The notes below the pieces were generated by a model. That model was not told the DNA's origin, searched no databases, and saw only the letters and a list, made by a program, of their open reading frames with translations. Shown here one piece after another: positions 35,978 to 45,549 of a stretch of DNA of 64,000 nucleotides. Origin of the DNA: Actinomycetota bacterium (GTDB taxonomy: Bacteria > Actinomycetota > Actinomycetes > Nanopelagicales > Nanopelagicaceae); contig VGAF01000001.1 in NCBI GenBank assembly GCA_016870855.1, positions 88 to 64,087 of the forward strand, given 5' to 3'. The translations under genes and the position numbers were made by a program. Within the stretch, counting starts at the first letter, position 1. Each line of letters begins with the position of its first letter.

Positions 35978-36849
35978 CGAAGTTCAACCCCAGCAAATAG
36001 ATCTAGCTCTCTACCCGCTTCATCAAATGGCGCGCTCTTTGAACCATGAACTAAACGGTAGAACTCTCTTCCCCAGACTTTAAATCCGAGATTATCTGAA
36101 AGGGCAAAGAATGGGCCATCTACTTCAATTTGGGTGGGGTGGGCTTTCATAGCCGCCATCTTCTTAGCTACAAATTCATCACCATTAAAAACACTGGTGA
36201 CTAAGTGATCAGGGGCGGCAAAGGGAAAATCTTCAGCTTTTTCAACGCCGAAGAAATCGACCCCGGTACCTTGCATCGCCTTAATTCCCTCTTCGATTAC
36301 AGATACCGGAATTGTGTTCCAGTAGATTTTTTGTATCTCCCAACCGCTCTTGGTTGCGAATTGCGCAGCTCGCATCGCTACTCGATGAGCTTGGATGTGA
36401 TCTGGGTGGCCATAACCGCCATTTTCATCATAAGTAATAAGCACATGAGGCTTTACTTCCAGGATTATCTTCTCAAGATCTTTTGCAGCTTGGTCTAGGT
36501 CGGCCCGCCAAAAGACATCGCTTCTTTCATTTTGGGGCGTACCCATCATTCCGCTATCGCGATAAAGTTTTGTGGGAGCTCCTAGAAATCGAAAATCGCT
36601 AACCCCCAACTCTCTCATCGCATCGGCAAGTTCTATCTCTCGATGAGAGCCAAGTCCATCTTCTTTATCACTAGCTAGGTGGGCTAACTCTGGAACGAGA
36701 ATCTCACCCTCTTCACCTCTTGTACAGGTAACCAGCGTTACATGCGCGCCACGAGCAACGTACGCAGCCATCGTTGCGCCATTGTTTATCGACTCATCAT
36801 CTGGATGAGCGTGAACGAGAAGTAAGCGTGGCTTGGCTAAATTATTCAT
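35974..36849 (-). CDS. mshB: N-acetyl-1-D-myo-inosityl-2-amino-2-deoxy-alpha-D-glucopyranoside deacetylase (LmbE family)
   Basis: LLVHAHPDDESI, HPDHIQAH. 291 aa. It lies near fdxA as Rv1170 does. Confidence 0.75.
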   Translation of the reverse strand: MNNLAKPRLLLVHAHPDDESINNGATMAAYVARGAHVTLVTCTRGEEGEILVPELAHLASDKEDGLGSHREIELADAMRELGVSDFRFLGAPTKLYRDSGMMGTPQNERSDVFWRADLDQAAKDLEKIILEVKPHVLITYDENGGYGHPDHIQAHRVAMRAAQFATKSGWEIQKIYWNTIPVSVIEEGIKAMQGTGVDFFGVEKAEDFPFAAPDHLVTSVFNGDEFVAKKMAAMKAHPTQIEVDGPFFALSDNLGFKVWGREFYRLVHGSKSAPFDEAGRELDLFAGVELR

Positions 36850-36898
36850 AATCTACGGATAAGCGTACCGCTAGTGATATTGGTAGCGAGGCTCTACT

Positions 36899-37528
36899 AT
36901 GGGCGTGATGAGTGGCACAGAAATTAAGGGCGAACCGAAGTCTCGCCTTCCCCGTGATGAACGCCGGGCACAACTTTTAGTTGCAGCTCTAGAGATCTTC
37001 ACTTCTTCTGGTTATCACGCTGCTTCAATGGATGAAATCGCTGAACGCGCAAGTGTGAGTAAGCCCGTCCTGTATCAACATTTTCCTTCTAAATTAGATC
37101 TATATCTCGCAGTTCTAGACCTTCATATTGATTCATTAGTCTTTGCAATCCAGAAAGCGATTGCCTCAACGCGTGATAATCGAAGCCGCGTAAAGGCAAC
37201 GATTGATGCTTACTTTGGCTTTATAGAAGGGGAAGGCGAAGCTTTTCGATTGCTCTTTGAGAGCGATATGAGCGTTGAACCCCAAGTTCGAGAGCGACTT
37301 GAACGGATGACATATGACTGTGCGGTCGCAGTAAGTGCGGTCATTTCTGCAGATACCGGCCTTCCTAAAGATGAATCGATGATTCTTGCTATTGGATTGA
37401 TTGGTTGCGCCCAGATCTCAGCCCGTCATTGGTTAGAAAAGGGCGGAAAGATAGACCGTTCCGGGGCGAGCGCTCTAGTAACAAGTTTGATGTGGCGCGG
37501 GATTTCTGGCTTCCCGCTCACAAAATAG
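36899..37528 (+). CDS. TetR family transcriptional regulator
   Basis: HTH MDEIAERASVSKPVLYQHFPSK. It is followed by DUF3107 as at Rv3208/Rv3208A. Confidence 0.85.
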   Translation: MGVMSGTEIKGEPKSRLPRDERRAQLLVAALEIFTSSGYHAASMDEIAERASVSKPVLYQHFPSKLDLYLAVLDLHIDSLVFAIQKAIASTRDNRSRVKATIDAYFGFIEGEGEAFRLLFESDMSVEPQVRERLERMTYDCAVAVSAVISADTGLPKDESMILAIGLIGCAQISARHWLEKGGKIDRSGASALVTSLMWRGISGFPLTK

Positions 37529-37569
37529 CTAGAAAATGACAGGTAAGGCTCTTTCAATAAAATTGCGCC

Positions 37570-37833
37570 ATGACAACTAAGAAGAGCAGCAAGAGCGATA
37601 GCGCCAAGAGCGAAGTAAGAGTCTCAGTCTCAGATCAGGCCCGTGAGTTAACAATCGAGGTAGCCCTAGATCGCGAAGAAGTACTCGCGCTTGTTAAGAA
37701 AGCGCTCTCTTCAAATGAACCGCTGGTTTTATCTGATGTGCGTGGCCGGAATTTCTTGATTCCCTCTGCAAAAATTAGTTCGGTTGAAGTCGGCGATAGC
37801 GCAGAACGTCGCGTTGGTTTTGCCGGTCTATAA
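37570..37833 (+). CDS. DUF3107 domain protein (TB9.4-like)
   Basis: EVRVSVSDQARELTIEV...LSDVRGRNFLIPSAKISSVEVGDSAERRVGF matches the DUF3107 pattern. Confidence 0.75.
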   Translation: MTTKKSSKSDSAKSEVRVSVSDQARELTIEVALDREEVLALVKKALSSNEPLVLSDVRGRNFLIPSAKISSVEVGDSAERRVGFAGL

Positions 37834-37837
37834 AGAT

Positions 37838-38536
37838 TTACAGCGCTCCCACTTCTTCAAGAAGTAAGTAGGCCAACTCCCGGAAATCTGATGATATCTG
37901 GGAGTGCGGCGAGTGCGAAAGTACCGATCGAGTCGATAGTTGCGCCTCATTTAATGCCTTGTCATCGCAAATAGAAATATCAAAGAGTTTGAAGTCCGCG
38001 GCAAAATTAGCTTTTAACTCAAGATCCCAAGTTAGCGCTCGATTCTCTAGCGCGCGCACTTGTGGCTTCTTGGGGCTCCTTCTTATGAAGTCCAGGAGGT
38101 TTAACGCGCCTCGAACCGAATGAATGCTTCCGTCTACCGGGATGATGACTTCATCGGCCAATTCGATTAAGGGTGCGATGAGCGAGCTTGGACCGCCGGG
38201 TGAATCAATCAACACAAAATCAAACTCACTTAACTCGGTCTTGATGTTCTTAAGGTGGCTAAATTCTGTGTAGAGCAATCGACTTGCGCCCGGGATTAGT
38301 GAAAATCGCTCTTCACTCTTCACTGCGATGTTCTCAAGCTTCTGTTCCCCATCGAATAACTCACGAGTTGAAAAGCGAGGATTCTCAACTCCACAAAGAT
38401 ATGTGAGGGATGCAGAAGGATCGCAATCTATTGCTAGAGCCCGCTTTCCATATTCTGCTATCGCGGTAGCTAAGGAATGAGTTATTGAAGTTCTTCCCAC
38501 TCCGCCGGCCAGATTTGCAATCAGCGCAATCTTCAT
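37838..38536 (-). CDS. ParA/MinD-fold protein with lysine-less deviant Walker A
   Basis: KIALIANLAGGVGRTS stands where ParA has NQKGGVGKTT. The fold markers ALAIDCDPSASL and DFVLIDSPGG are retained. 232 aa. Confidence 0.65.
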   Translation of the reverse strand: MKIALIANLAGGVGRTSITHSLATAIAEYGKRALAIDCDPSASLTYLCGVENPRFSTRELFDGEQKLENIAVKSEERFSLIPGASRLLYTEFSHLKNIKTELSEFDFVLIDSPGGPSSLIAPLIELADEVIIPVDGSIHSVRGALNLLDFIRRSPKKPQVRALENRALTWDLELKANFAADFKLFDISICDDKALNEAQLSTRSVLSHSPHSQISSDFRELAYLLLEEVGAL

Positions 38537-39312
38537 GATGCTTTATTGATCCGCTCTTTTGCACTTCTTAGCTGTGGACTCTCGCGGAACCAACTTGGTA
38601 GCGCAGATAAAGCCGTTCTAGTAGTACGCAGCGCAATATCGGTAGCGATAGTTTGGCCGGGAAGAGTTGGCCAGCCATAGAGCCGGCGCGCCCATTTAGG
38701 TAGCGAGGCGGCTGCAAGTGATGCAATTCCGCCCCAGAGTGGAGCGATTGGAGTGCCAAATCGAAGTAGTGGTGGCAAAGGTGGAAGTGCGATAAAGAGA
38801 GCTGCACGTTTAGCATCATCGCTTGCAAAAAGTTCTGGTTGAATTTCATTAAAGTAATTGTCGAGTTCGCTCTTACTTTTTGGAGTACTTGTGGCATCGA
38901 TTCCTACCAGCTCGGCAAACTTAACCATCTCCGCAACATATTGATCAATCTCGATTTCGCTTAACTTCAATCCGGAGCGAAGTGCAGTATCTAAAAAAGC
39001 ATCGACCATCGCCATATGAACCCATAAAAGAAGATGTGGGTCATCTAACTTCAACTTTGTATGGATTGCTCTAACCCGAGTAGCCAACTTTTCCGCTTCT
39101 TCCTTTGTGCCAAAGGTGAGCGTTCCTACATAATCACCAGTGCGCTGGAGTCTTCCCCAAGCATCTTCACGGAAGTTGGAGTGTGCAGCTACCCCCGACA
39201 TCGCTCCGGGATGGAGCGCCTGTTCCAAGAGCGCCCGAATGCCACCAATTAGCATCGATGGATCAGAGTGGATTTTCCAAGTCACGCTATTTGGGGAGAA
39301 GAATCCATCCAT
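38533..39312 (-). CDS. DUF2236 / MpaB-family oxygenase-like protein
   Basis: VTWKIHSDPSMLIGGIRALLEQALHP and RLQRTGDYV are typical of DUF2236. Confidence 0.65.
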   Translation of the reverse strand: MDGFFSPNSVTWKIHSDPSMLIGGIRALLEQALHPGAMSGVAAHSNFREDAWGRLQRTGDYVGTLTFGTKEEAEKLATRVRAIHTKLKLDDPHLLLWVHMAMVDAFLDTALRSGLKLSEIEIDQYVAEMVKFAELVGIDATSTPKSKSELDNYFNEIQPELFASDDAKRAALFIALPPLPPLLRFGTPIAPLWGGIASLAAASLPKWARRLYGWPTLPGQTIATDIALRTTRTALSALPSWFRESPQLRSAKERINKAS

Positions 39313-39917
39313 CAGAGAAGGCCTTTTATTCCAGTCATAACCATCTCAAAAGCGATTGCAGCAGTTAACAATCCTGCGACCTTTGCAAGGAGCGCAACAC
39401 CAGTCTCTTTAATGACCGAGATGATTCGCGTCGCGAACATGAGAGTTAAGCCGATAACAATATGAGCACCGATTACCGCTCCAGCTAATCCAATCCCAGT
39501 ATCAGTGCCTTCGACTCTAGAAGCGAAGAGCATAATCGTCACAATTGCGCCCGGTCCGGCAAGGAGCGGAGTACCTAGTGGAACTAGCGCAACATTCTTC
39601 TCACCGCTCTTTGTTGGGTCATTCTCGATTCCCTTTAGAAGATCAAGTGAGATCAATAGCAATAGGAGTCCACCGGCGCCTTGTAGGGCCGAGATTGAAA
39701 TCTCAAGGTAATCAACGATGAACTGTCCGAAAATCGCGAAGATGGTAATTATTAAAAGTGAGGTAGCAGCAGCAAGCCAGGCCATTCGAACTTGTTCCCG
39801 GCGATCACGTCCACCAACTAAAGATAGGAAAAGTGGCGCAGCGCCAGGTGGATCAAGAATCACAAGAAGCGTTACAAAAGCTTGTAGCCCAAAGGTGAGC
39901 GCAGTTAACTCATTCAT
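39312..39917 (-). CDS. MarC family (UPF0056) membrane protein
   Basis: Six TM segments, NVALVPLGTPLLAGPGAI motif. 201 aa. Confidence 0.75.
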   Translation of the reverse strand: MNELTALTFGLQAFVTLLVILDPPGAAPLFLSLVGGRDRREQVRMAWLAAATSLLIITIFAIFGQFIVDYLEISISALQGAGGLLLLLISLDLLKGIENDPTKSGEKNVALVPLGTPLLAGPGAIVTIMLFASRVEGTDTGIGLAGAVIGAHIVIGLTLMFATRIISVIKETGVALLAKVAGLLTAAIAFEMVMTGIKGLL

Positions 39918-40777
39918 CTTGAGACCACCCTCCTAACTTTGGCTCTTGCTTCTAAGCGCTCCCATTGTTCTGGATGAGTGGTGAACTCGGCTAGTTGATT
40001 CATCCTTCCTGTGCCGTGATAGTCGCTCGATCCAGTAACCACCAAATTATGCTCAATCGCCAGGCGCATCAACTCAGATCGCTCCACATCATTGTGATCT
40101 CTGTGATCAACCTCGATGCCATCCAGACCAGCTTGAATCAATTGGTTCAAGGTCCCTAGGTCAATCTTTCGTCCGCTACGCGAAGCAAGCGGATGGGCAA
40201 TAACCGCAACCCCGCCCGCTTCTTTGATGAGACGTATTGCGACTTCAGGTGAAGGTGAATAGTGGTTGATGTAGAACTTTGAACCATTATGTAGAAATAT
40301 ATTGAAAGCCTCTTCTCGGCTAGCGACATGTCCTCGCGCAACAAGAGCATCAGCTAGATGTGGTCGACCCAAAGTTGCATCGCCGCGCTTTTGGGCATTT
40401 ACCTCTTCAATTGTTATCTCTATGCCAGCTTCGTTCAGCCTTGAAATTATGCGAGACATCCGGGTAACTCGATTCTCGCGGGTCTTCTCAAACTCAGATA
40501 TCAGCGGGGCGTAGTTTGGATCGAAGAGAAGTCCAAGCATGTGAATGCTCGTGCCATCCTCGCCTTGGCATGAAACTTCTGAACCAAGCACTAGCTCTAA
40601 CTTCGAGTTTGACTCATGGTTCTTCAGCGCCGCTGTTGCCTCATCCCAACCACCTACAGTGTCGTGATCTGTCAGTGCGATGACATCAAGGCCCTTAGAG
40701 ATGGCCTTATCGATCAATTCACTAGGTGAATCGGTCCCATCGCTTGCATTGGAGTGGGTATGTAGATCAATTAACAC
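39914..40777 (-). CDS. PHP-domain metal-dependent phosphoesterase (TrpH/YciV-like)
   Basis: IDLHTHSNASDG, ALTDHDTVGG, AHP and SDYHG. Confidence 0.8.
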   Translation of the reverse strand: MLIDLHTHSNASDGTDSPSELIDKAISKGLDVIALTDHDTVGGWDEATAALKNHESNSKLELVLGSEVSCQGEDGTSIHMLGLLFDPNYAPLISEFEKTRENRVTRMSRIISRLNEAGIEITIEEVNAQKRGDATLGRPHLADALVARGHVASREEAFNIFLHNGSKFYINHYSPSPEVAIRLIKEAGGVAVIAHPLASRSGRKIDLGTLNQLIQAGLDGIEVDHRDHNDVERSELMRLAIEHNLVVTGSSDYHGTGRMNQLAEFTTHPEQWERLEARAKVRRVVSR

Positions 40778-40786
40778 CAGAGAAGA

Positions 40787-41659
40787 TTACCGGAGAAAGA
40801 CGCGACACCCAAAAAGAATGAGAATCAAACCAGGAACTGTACCTAATGGTGGAAGTTGATTTAACCACCAAAAAGCAAGAATCGCGCTAACTGGAACTTC
40901 AAAGAAGACAACGAGTGATGCAATTGCAGGTGAGAGGCTCTTTAAAGTGAAATTCAAAATAGTATGTCCGAGAATTTGCGCACCAGCAATTAACGCAATC
41001 AAAAGTAACCACTCTCTCGCTTCAAAGTCAACTAACTCGGTACCAACCGCTAGTGCAAAACCAAGTGAGACCAGCGAACAAGTTAGATACGCGATCGATG
41101 TATAGGTAGCTGTAGAGACTGATTCTCTAGCGCGGGCGCCGAGAACTACATACATAGCCGCAAGGGCAGCGCAGGCAATCGCTGCAAGATCGCCCAAAAA
41201 TGCTCGCCTTGAAATAGTTAGATCCACCCCGGTAATGATGACTACCCCAATAAAGGCAATCGACATCCCGGTCCAAGCGCGCTTGGGAATCGTTCCACCT
41301 AGACGTTTCACAAAATAGGCTGCGAATATCGGTTGTAGCGCAGTAAGTGCAGTTCCCACCGCTACTGATGTGTAACGCATCGCAATGAAGAATCCGATGA
41401 AATGAAGGGCGAGCGCTATCCCGGAGAGAAATGAGAACTTAATTCCAATTCTCACTTCAGGTCGTTTCAAATCTAAGTCACGGAATGCCCACGGTAGAAC
41501 TAAGAAGAATCCACCAAGATTTCTCCAGAAAATAAGAGCCAATATCGGCATCGTGCTAAGTGCAATCACCGGACCTGATGTACCAATACCGATAATCACC
41601 AATGTAAGAAGACCAATCTCTCTTCCTGTTGGGAGTTTGGAGTGATCTCGGTCGCGCAC
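40787..41659 (-). CDS. DMT (EamA) family transporter
   Basis: 10-TM profile made of two EamA-like halves. 290 aa. Confidence 0.7.
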   Translation of the reverse strand: MRDRDHSKLPTGREIGLLTLVIIGIGTSGPVIALSTMPILALIFWRNLGGFFLVLPWAFRDLDLKRPEVRIGIKFSFLSGIALALHFIGFFIAMRYTSVAVGTALTALQPIFAAYFVKRLGGTIPKRAWTGMSIAFIGVVIITGVDLTISRRAFLGDLAAIACAALAAMYVVLGARARESVSTATYTSIAYLTCSLVSLGFALAVGTELVDFEAREWLLLIALIAGAQILGHTILNFTLKSLSPAIASLVVFFEVPVSAILAFWWLNQLPPLGTVPGLILILFGCRVFLR

Positions 41660-41699
41660 GCCTCAACCGTACTATCAGTTCAAATAAATAGTTGATAAC

Positions 41700-42827
41700 T
41701 CAGTTACTAAGCCCGAGTCGAACTCCAAGTAGCGACTTCTTTCGAACCGTGAGCTGATCGATGACGCTCTCAAACTCAAGCGCCGCTGGTGAATCTGGTT
41801 TTGCAGTTACGACTGGTTGACCGCTATCGCCACCTTCTCTAAGTGCAATATCGAATGGAATCTTTCCAAGAAGTGGCACATCAGCGCCGACTAAATTAGA
41901 TAACCGCTTTGCAGTTTCTTCACCGCCACCCTCACCGAAGAGGGCGACCTTTGTATTGCTACTTTCTTGAATATAAGGCGACATGTTCTCGATTACGCCA
42001 ATTATCTGTTGCTTTAGTTGATGAGCAATTCGGCCAGCGCGCTCGGCAACTTCTGCGGCTGCGATTTGTGGCGTTGTTACGACCAAGATTTCCGAGCCTG
42101 GGATTAGTTGCCCTAGCGAGATTGCGATATCACCAGTACCCGGTGGAAGATCTAGAAGAAGGAAATCTAAATCGCCCCAATAAGCATCGCTTAAGAGCTG
42201 TTCTAGTACGCGATGCAGTAGCGGGCCGCGATATGCAACCGGATCAGCTCGATCTGGCTTGAACATTTCAATTGAGACCGTCTTAACTCCATAAGCCTCA
42301 AGTGGAATAAAGGTCTGATCGATTGCAGTAGGTCGTTTGCCCTCTATACCCAAGGCACGTGGGATTGAATGACCATACACATCAGCATCTAGTAAGCCGA
42401 CTTTAAATCCTCGCTGCGCTAGCGCTACCGCAAGATTTACCGTCACGCTGCTCTTGCCGACGCCACCTTTACCTGATGAGACTCCGATAACTCGAGTGAG
42501 TGATTCAGGTTGGGCAAATGGAATGAATCTCTCTCGTCCACCCCTAAGCAATTTCTTAACTCGATCGCGCTGTTCATCGTTCATCACACCGAAATTGACT
42601 TTAACGTTCTTCACTTCAGCGACCTTTAACGTCGCTTCGGAGACATCTTTCTGTAACCGATCGCGCATCGGACATCCGGTGATTGTGAGCAGGATAGAAA
42701 CTTCAGCAAGACCATCGTTGAACTCAATTCGCTCGACCATGCCTAACTCAGTTATGGGGCGGTGTAATTCGGGATCAGAAACTTTTGCTAACTCACTCTC
42801 GATTGCTGACTTGATTGCTTCGCTCAT
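41700..42827 (-). CDS. mrp: Mrp/ApbC Fe-S cluster carrier ATPase with N-terminal DUF59
   Basis: DUF59 TITGCPM, Walker A SGKGGVGKSSVTVNLA and DLPPGTGD. Position is as for Rv1229c. Confidence 0.88.
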   Translation of the reverse strand: MSEAIKSAIESELAKVSDPELHRPITELGMVERIEFNDGLAEVSILLTITGCPMRDRLQKDVSEATLKVAEVKNVKVNFGVMNDEQRDRVKKLLRGGRERFIPFAQPESLTRVIGVSSGKGGVGKSSVTVNLAVALAQRGFKVGLLDADVYGHSIPRALGIEGKRPTAIDQTFIPLEAYGVKTVSIEMFKPDRADPVAYRGPLLHRVLEQLLSDAYWGDLDFLLLDLPPGTGDIAISLGQLIPGSEILVVTTPQIAAAEVAERAGRIAHQLKQQIIGVIENMSPYIQESSNTKVALFGEGGGEETAKRLSNLVGADVPLLGKIPFDIALREGGDSGQPVVTAKPDSPAALEFESVIDQLTVRKKSLLGVRLGLSN

Positions 42828-43150
42828 AGCAAATCTGGATCTATCTTGGCGATATCTTTCAGCTCTTTACTCCGTGCCCGCGCTTCGTTTATGACTGGCT
42901 TAGTCTCTTCGAGGGCATCACCGAGCACTTTCTTAGCCAAATTCTTCGGAGTCAGATCTTTAACATCTAAATCCTCAAAGCCAGGTCCGAGATTTTTCTT
43001 TAACTCCTTCGAGGCATCGGAGGTGAAATTTCTTACCTTATGAATCATGCGCGCGAAATCTTTAGCAGCAGCTGGCAACTTATCGGGGCCAACTAGAAAT
43101 AAACCTAGGACTATTAATCCAAGGAACTCGCCCATCCCGACGCCAAACAT
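42824..43150 (-). CDS. tatB: Sec-independent translocase component TatB (TatA/B/E family)
   Basis: MFGVGMGEFLGLIVLGLFLVGPDKLP followed by an amphipathic helix. Confidence 0.8.
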   Translation of the reverse strand: MFGVGMGEFLGLIVLGLFLVGPDKLPAAAKDFARMIHKVRNFTSDASKELKKNLGPGFEDLDVKDLTPKNLAKKVLGDALEETKPVINEARARSKELKDIAKIDPDLL

Positions 43151-43167
43151 GATGTAATCCTAAGTGT

Positions 43168-43824
43168 CTATATCTTCGTGGCAACCAGAACGCCATCGCC
43201 GACTGGAAGGAGCATTGGCATCCAAAGTTCTCTTGCTTCTCTAATGACCTTTATCGCATCGCGAAACGCAACCGTGGCTTCATCCCGTTGGGTTGGATCG
43301 GCGACTTTTCCGCCCATTAGAGCCCGATCGATGACAAGTACGCCGCCCGGACGGAGCGAACGATGTGCGTTCTCGACATTTTCAAAGATATCCCGACTTT
43401 TTCTAAGAATAAATATGTCATAAAGGCTATCGGCGAGCTTGCCCACAATTTCAGTGCTATTTCCAGTTATCAAGCGATAACGGGAAGTCGAGATACTTGC
43501 TTCATCAAATGCCTGTTTGGCAAGGCGAGCATTTTCAACCTCATCATCTATTGAGGTAAAGAGTCCTTTATCAATCATTGCGGGGATAATCCAAAGTCCA
43601 CTAACGCCAGAACCAGTTCCTACTTCGACAATAGATGATGCCCCAACAAGATGAGTCAGATAACGAAGTAGTGAGCCGACCGCAGGCGTTGTCTCATAGC
43701 TGCCGATTTCAACGCCACGTTGGCGGGCGCGCTGCATGATTTCAGTTTCGGGAATGTAGTTGTTGGCGAATGCCCTCATATCGCCGCGTTCGGAGAATGC
43801 AGATATCAAAGGGTCGATAACCAT
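43168..43824 (-). CDS. class I SAM-dependent O-methyltransferase (Rv1220c-like)
   Basis: SAM motif IVEVGTGSGVSGLW, 218 aa. The start may be the ATG at 43779, since the longer form overlaps pepA by 19 nt. Confidence 0.75.
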   Translation of the reverse strand: MVIDPLISAFSERGDMRAFANNYIPETEIMQRARQRGVEIGSYETTPAVGSLLRYLTHLVGASSIVEVGTGSGVSGLWIIPAMIDKGLFTSIDDEVENARLAKQAFDEASISTSRYRLITGNSTEIVGKLADSLYDIFILRKSRDIFENVENAHRSLRPGGVLVIDRALMGGKVADPTQRDEATVAFRDAIKVIREARELWMPMLLPVGDGVLVATKI

Positions 43825-45305
43825 TCTGTTAAGAGGCGAACGCCAAAACCAGTTCCGCCCTTTGGATTCTCCCCCGCATCGCTTTCGGATCTAGCGGGTC
43901 CTGCGATATCCAAATGAATCCAATTGCGCTTTCCAGCAAATCGCTCCAGGAAGAGCGCAGCAGTTACCGAACCAGCTTGGAATTTAAACTTGTTTCCTAA
44001 ATGATTTAGATCAGCGATATCGCTCTCTAGGGCAATTCCATAATCATCGATTAGAGGCATATGCCAGATTCGATCGCCTATGTATTCACCAATCTCATTT
44101 AAAGCGCTCGCAACTTTTACATTACGCGTATACATAGCTCCATATTGGCGACCAAGTCCCAAGGTGGCAGCTCCGGTCAGTGTGGCAATATCGACTAGGT
44201 AATCTGGATTTAGATTCTTATCGGCATAAGCGAGGCCATCGGCAAGAACTAATCGCCCTTCTGCATCGGTATTTAATACTTCAACGGTGGTTCCGCCGTA
44301 ATGCTTAATCACGTCACTTGGACGTTGAGAGGTGGCAGAAAGAGCGTTTTCTGCCAACATCAATAGCCCCGTAACTTTAACTTTTAGTTTCAAATCCGCG
44401 GCGGCAGCAACCGTCATCAAAACCGCAGCAGCGCCAGCCATATCGCTCTTCATTGGCGCCATCAGATCGTATGGTCGTTTTAATGAAACTCCACCGGTAT
44501 CAAATGTGATTCCTTTTCCAACTAACACCACGTGAGGTGATTTCTTTCCACCTTTCGGCGCATAGGAGACTTCAACGAATCTAGGTGGGTTCTTTCGGCT
44601 CGAATTTCCAACCGCCCTTAATCCACCAAACTCAGCGAGTTCCCTACCAGAGCGCTCCTTGATTTTTAGATCGGGGCACTTACAAATAGCGCGTGCTTGG
44701 GAAGCAATCCATTCTGGAGATTTGATATTTGAAGGTGTGTGGATCAGGTCGCGCGCTTTCCATGTCGAAGCAACAAGAACCTCACTCCGCTTTACTACCG
44801 CAGCAAAGTCACCAGCAAGAGTGAATGATGGAGTCTCAACCTTCTTCTCTTTATCGGCAGCGCCCTTTGTGCTCCATGAATAAGTAGAAAGCGCTAACGC
44901 GTTTAGATGAACTAGTGCTTGATTTGAATTCTCAGCGCAGAGCGATAAGAGGTGAGACGTAGTAGCTTTAACTTTTCGACCAAGAATCGTTCCCACCTTA
45001 CGTAAATCATTTGAGCTAGCCTCACCAACTCCAATTAGATAAATTCGGGCTAGCTTTTTCTTACTTTCATTTAGCGGAATCTCGATTAACTCACCGAGCT
45101 TTGCCGAGAATGACTTACCGGCTTTGTCGATCTCTTCTTGAAGATTTAGATCAAATTCACTTTCGATAAATTTTCGCCATTTCTGATTTATGGCTATCTC
45201 GCCCGTTAAATTAACTGGGAGTGCGAGATGGGTTATTCCTTTTAGCGACTCTCCCGATGGATTTTGGATCTTGCGCGATCCCAGTTTCGGGATGGGTCGA
45301 TTCAC
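43806..45305 (-). CDS. pepA: leucyl aminopeptidase (M17)
   Basis: VGKGITFDTGG and NTDAEGRLVLAD. The GTG start overlaps the DUF3117 stop (GTGA). Confidence 0.9.
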   Translation of the reverse strand: MNRPIPKLGSRKIQNPSGESLKGITHLALPVNLTGEIAINQKWRKFIESEFDLNLQEEIDKAGKSFSAKLGELIEIPLNESKKKLARIYLIGVGEASSNDLRKVGTILGRKVKATTSHLLSLCAENSNQALVHLNALALSTYSWSTKGAADKEKKVETPSFTLAGDFAAVVKRSEVLVASTWKARDLIHTPSNIKSPEWIASQARAICKCPDLKIKERSGRELAEFGGLRAVGNSSRKNPPRFVEVSYAPKGGKKSPHVVLVGKGITFDTGGVSLKRPYDLMAPMKSDMAGAAAVLMTVAAAADLKLKVKVTGLLMLAENALSATSQRPSDVIKHYGGTTVEVLNTDAEGRLVLADGLAYADKNLNPDYLVDIATLTGAATLGLGRQYGAMYTRNVKVASALNEIGEYIGDRIWHMPLIDDYGIALESDIADLNHLGNKFKFQAGSVTAALFLERFAGKRNWIHLDIAGPARSESDAGENPKGGTGFGVRLLTEWLSTL

Positions 45306-45481
45306 TTCTTGATTAGCGAGACCGCTGTGTTCAAGACATCCGCGAGATTGCGTGCTTCCTCTTGATTGAGTTCCACAACGAGTCGGCCGCCACCCTCCAG
45401 CGGTATCCGCATGACCAAGCTACGAGCTTCCTTCGTTACTTCCATAGGTCCGTCGCCAGTGCGGGGTTTCATGGCTGCCAT
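45302..45481 (-). CDS. DUF3117 domain protein (59 aa)
   Basis: Hand-translated as MAAMKPRTGDGPMEVTKEARSLVMRIPLEGGGRLVVELNQEEARNLADVLNTAVSLIKK. It is below the track cutoff and matches the highly conserved actinobacterial DUF3117 pattern. Confidence 0.8.
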   Translation of the reverse strand: MAAMKPRTGDGPMEVTKEARSLVMRIPLEGGGRLVVELNQEEARNLADVLNTAVSLIKK

Positions 45482-45549
45482 TTCGACCTCTTTCGTGATC
45501 AGCTCGCATTGCGGTTAGCTAGCAATGCAGGGAGCGAATTATCGCGCAT

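Noticed and set aside
36850-36898. Possible TetR operator (CGCTA-N10-TAGCG) upstream of the TetR gene
   Set aside because: The arms are only 5 bp, which is not distinguishable from chance.
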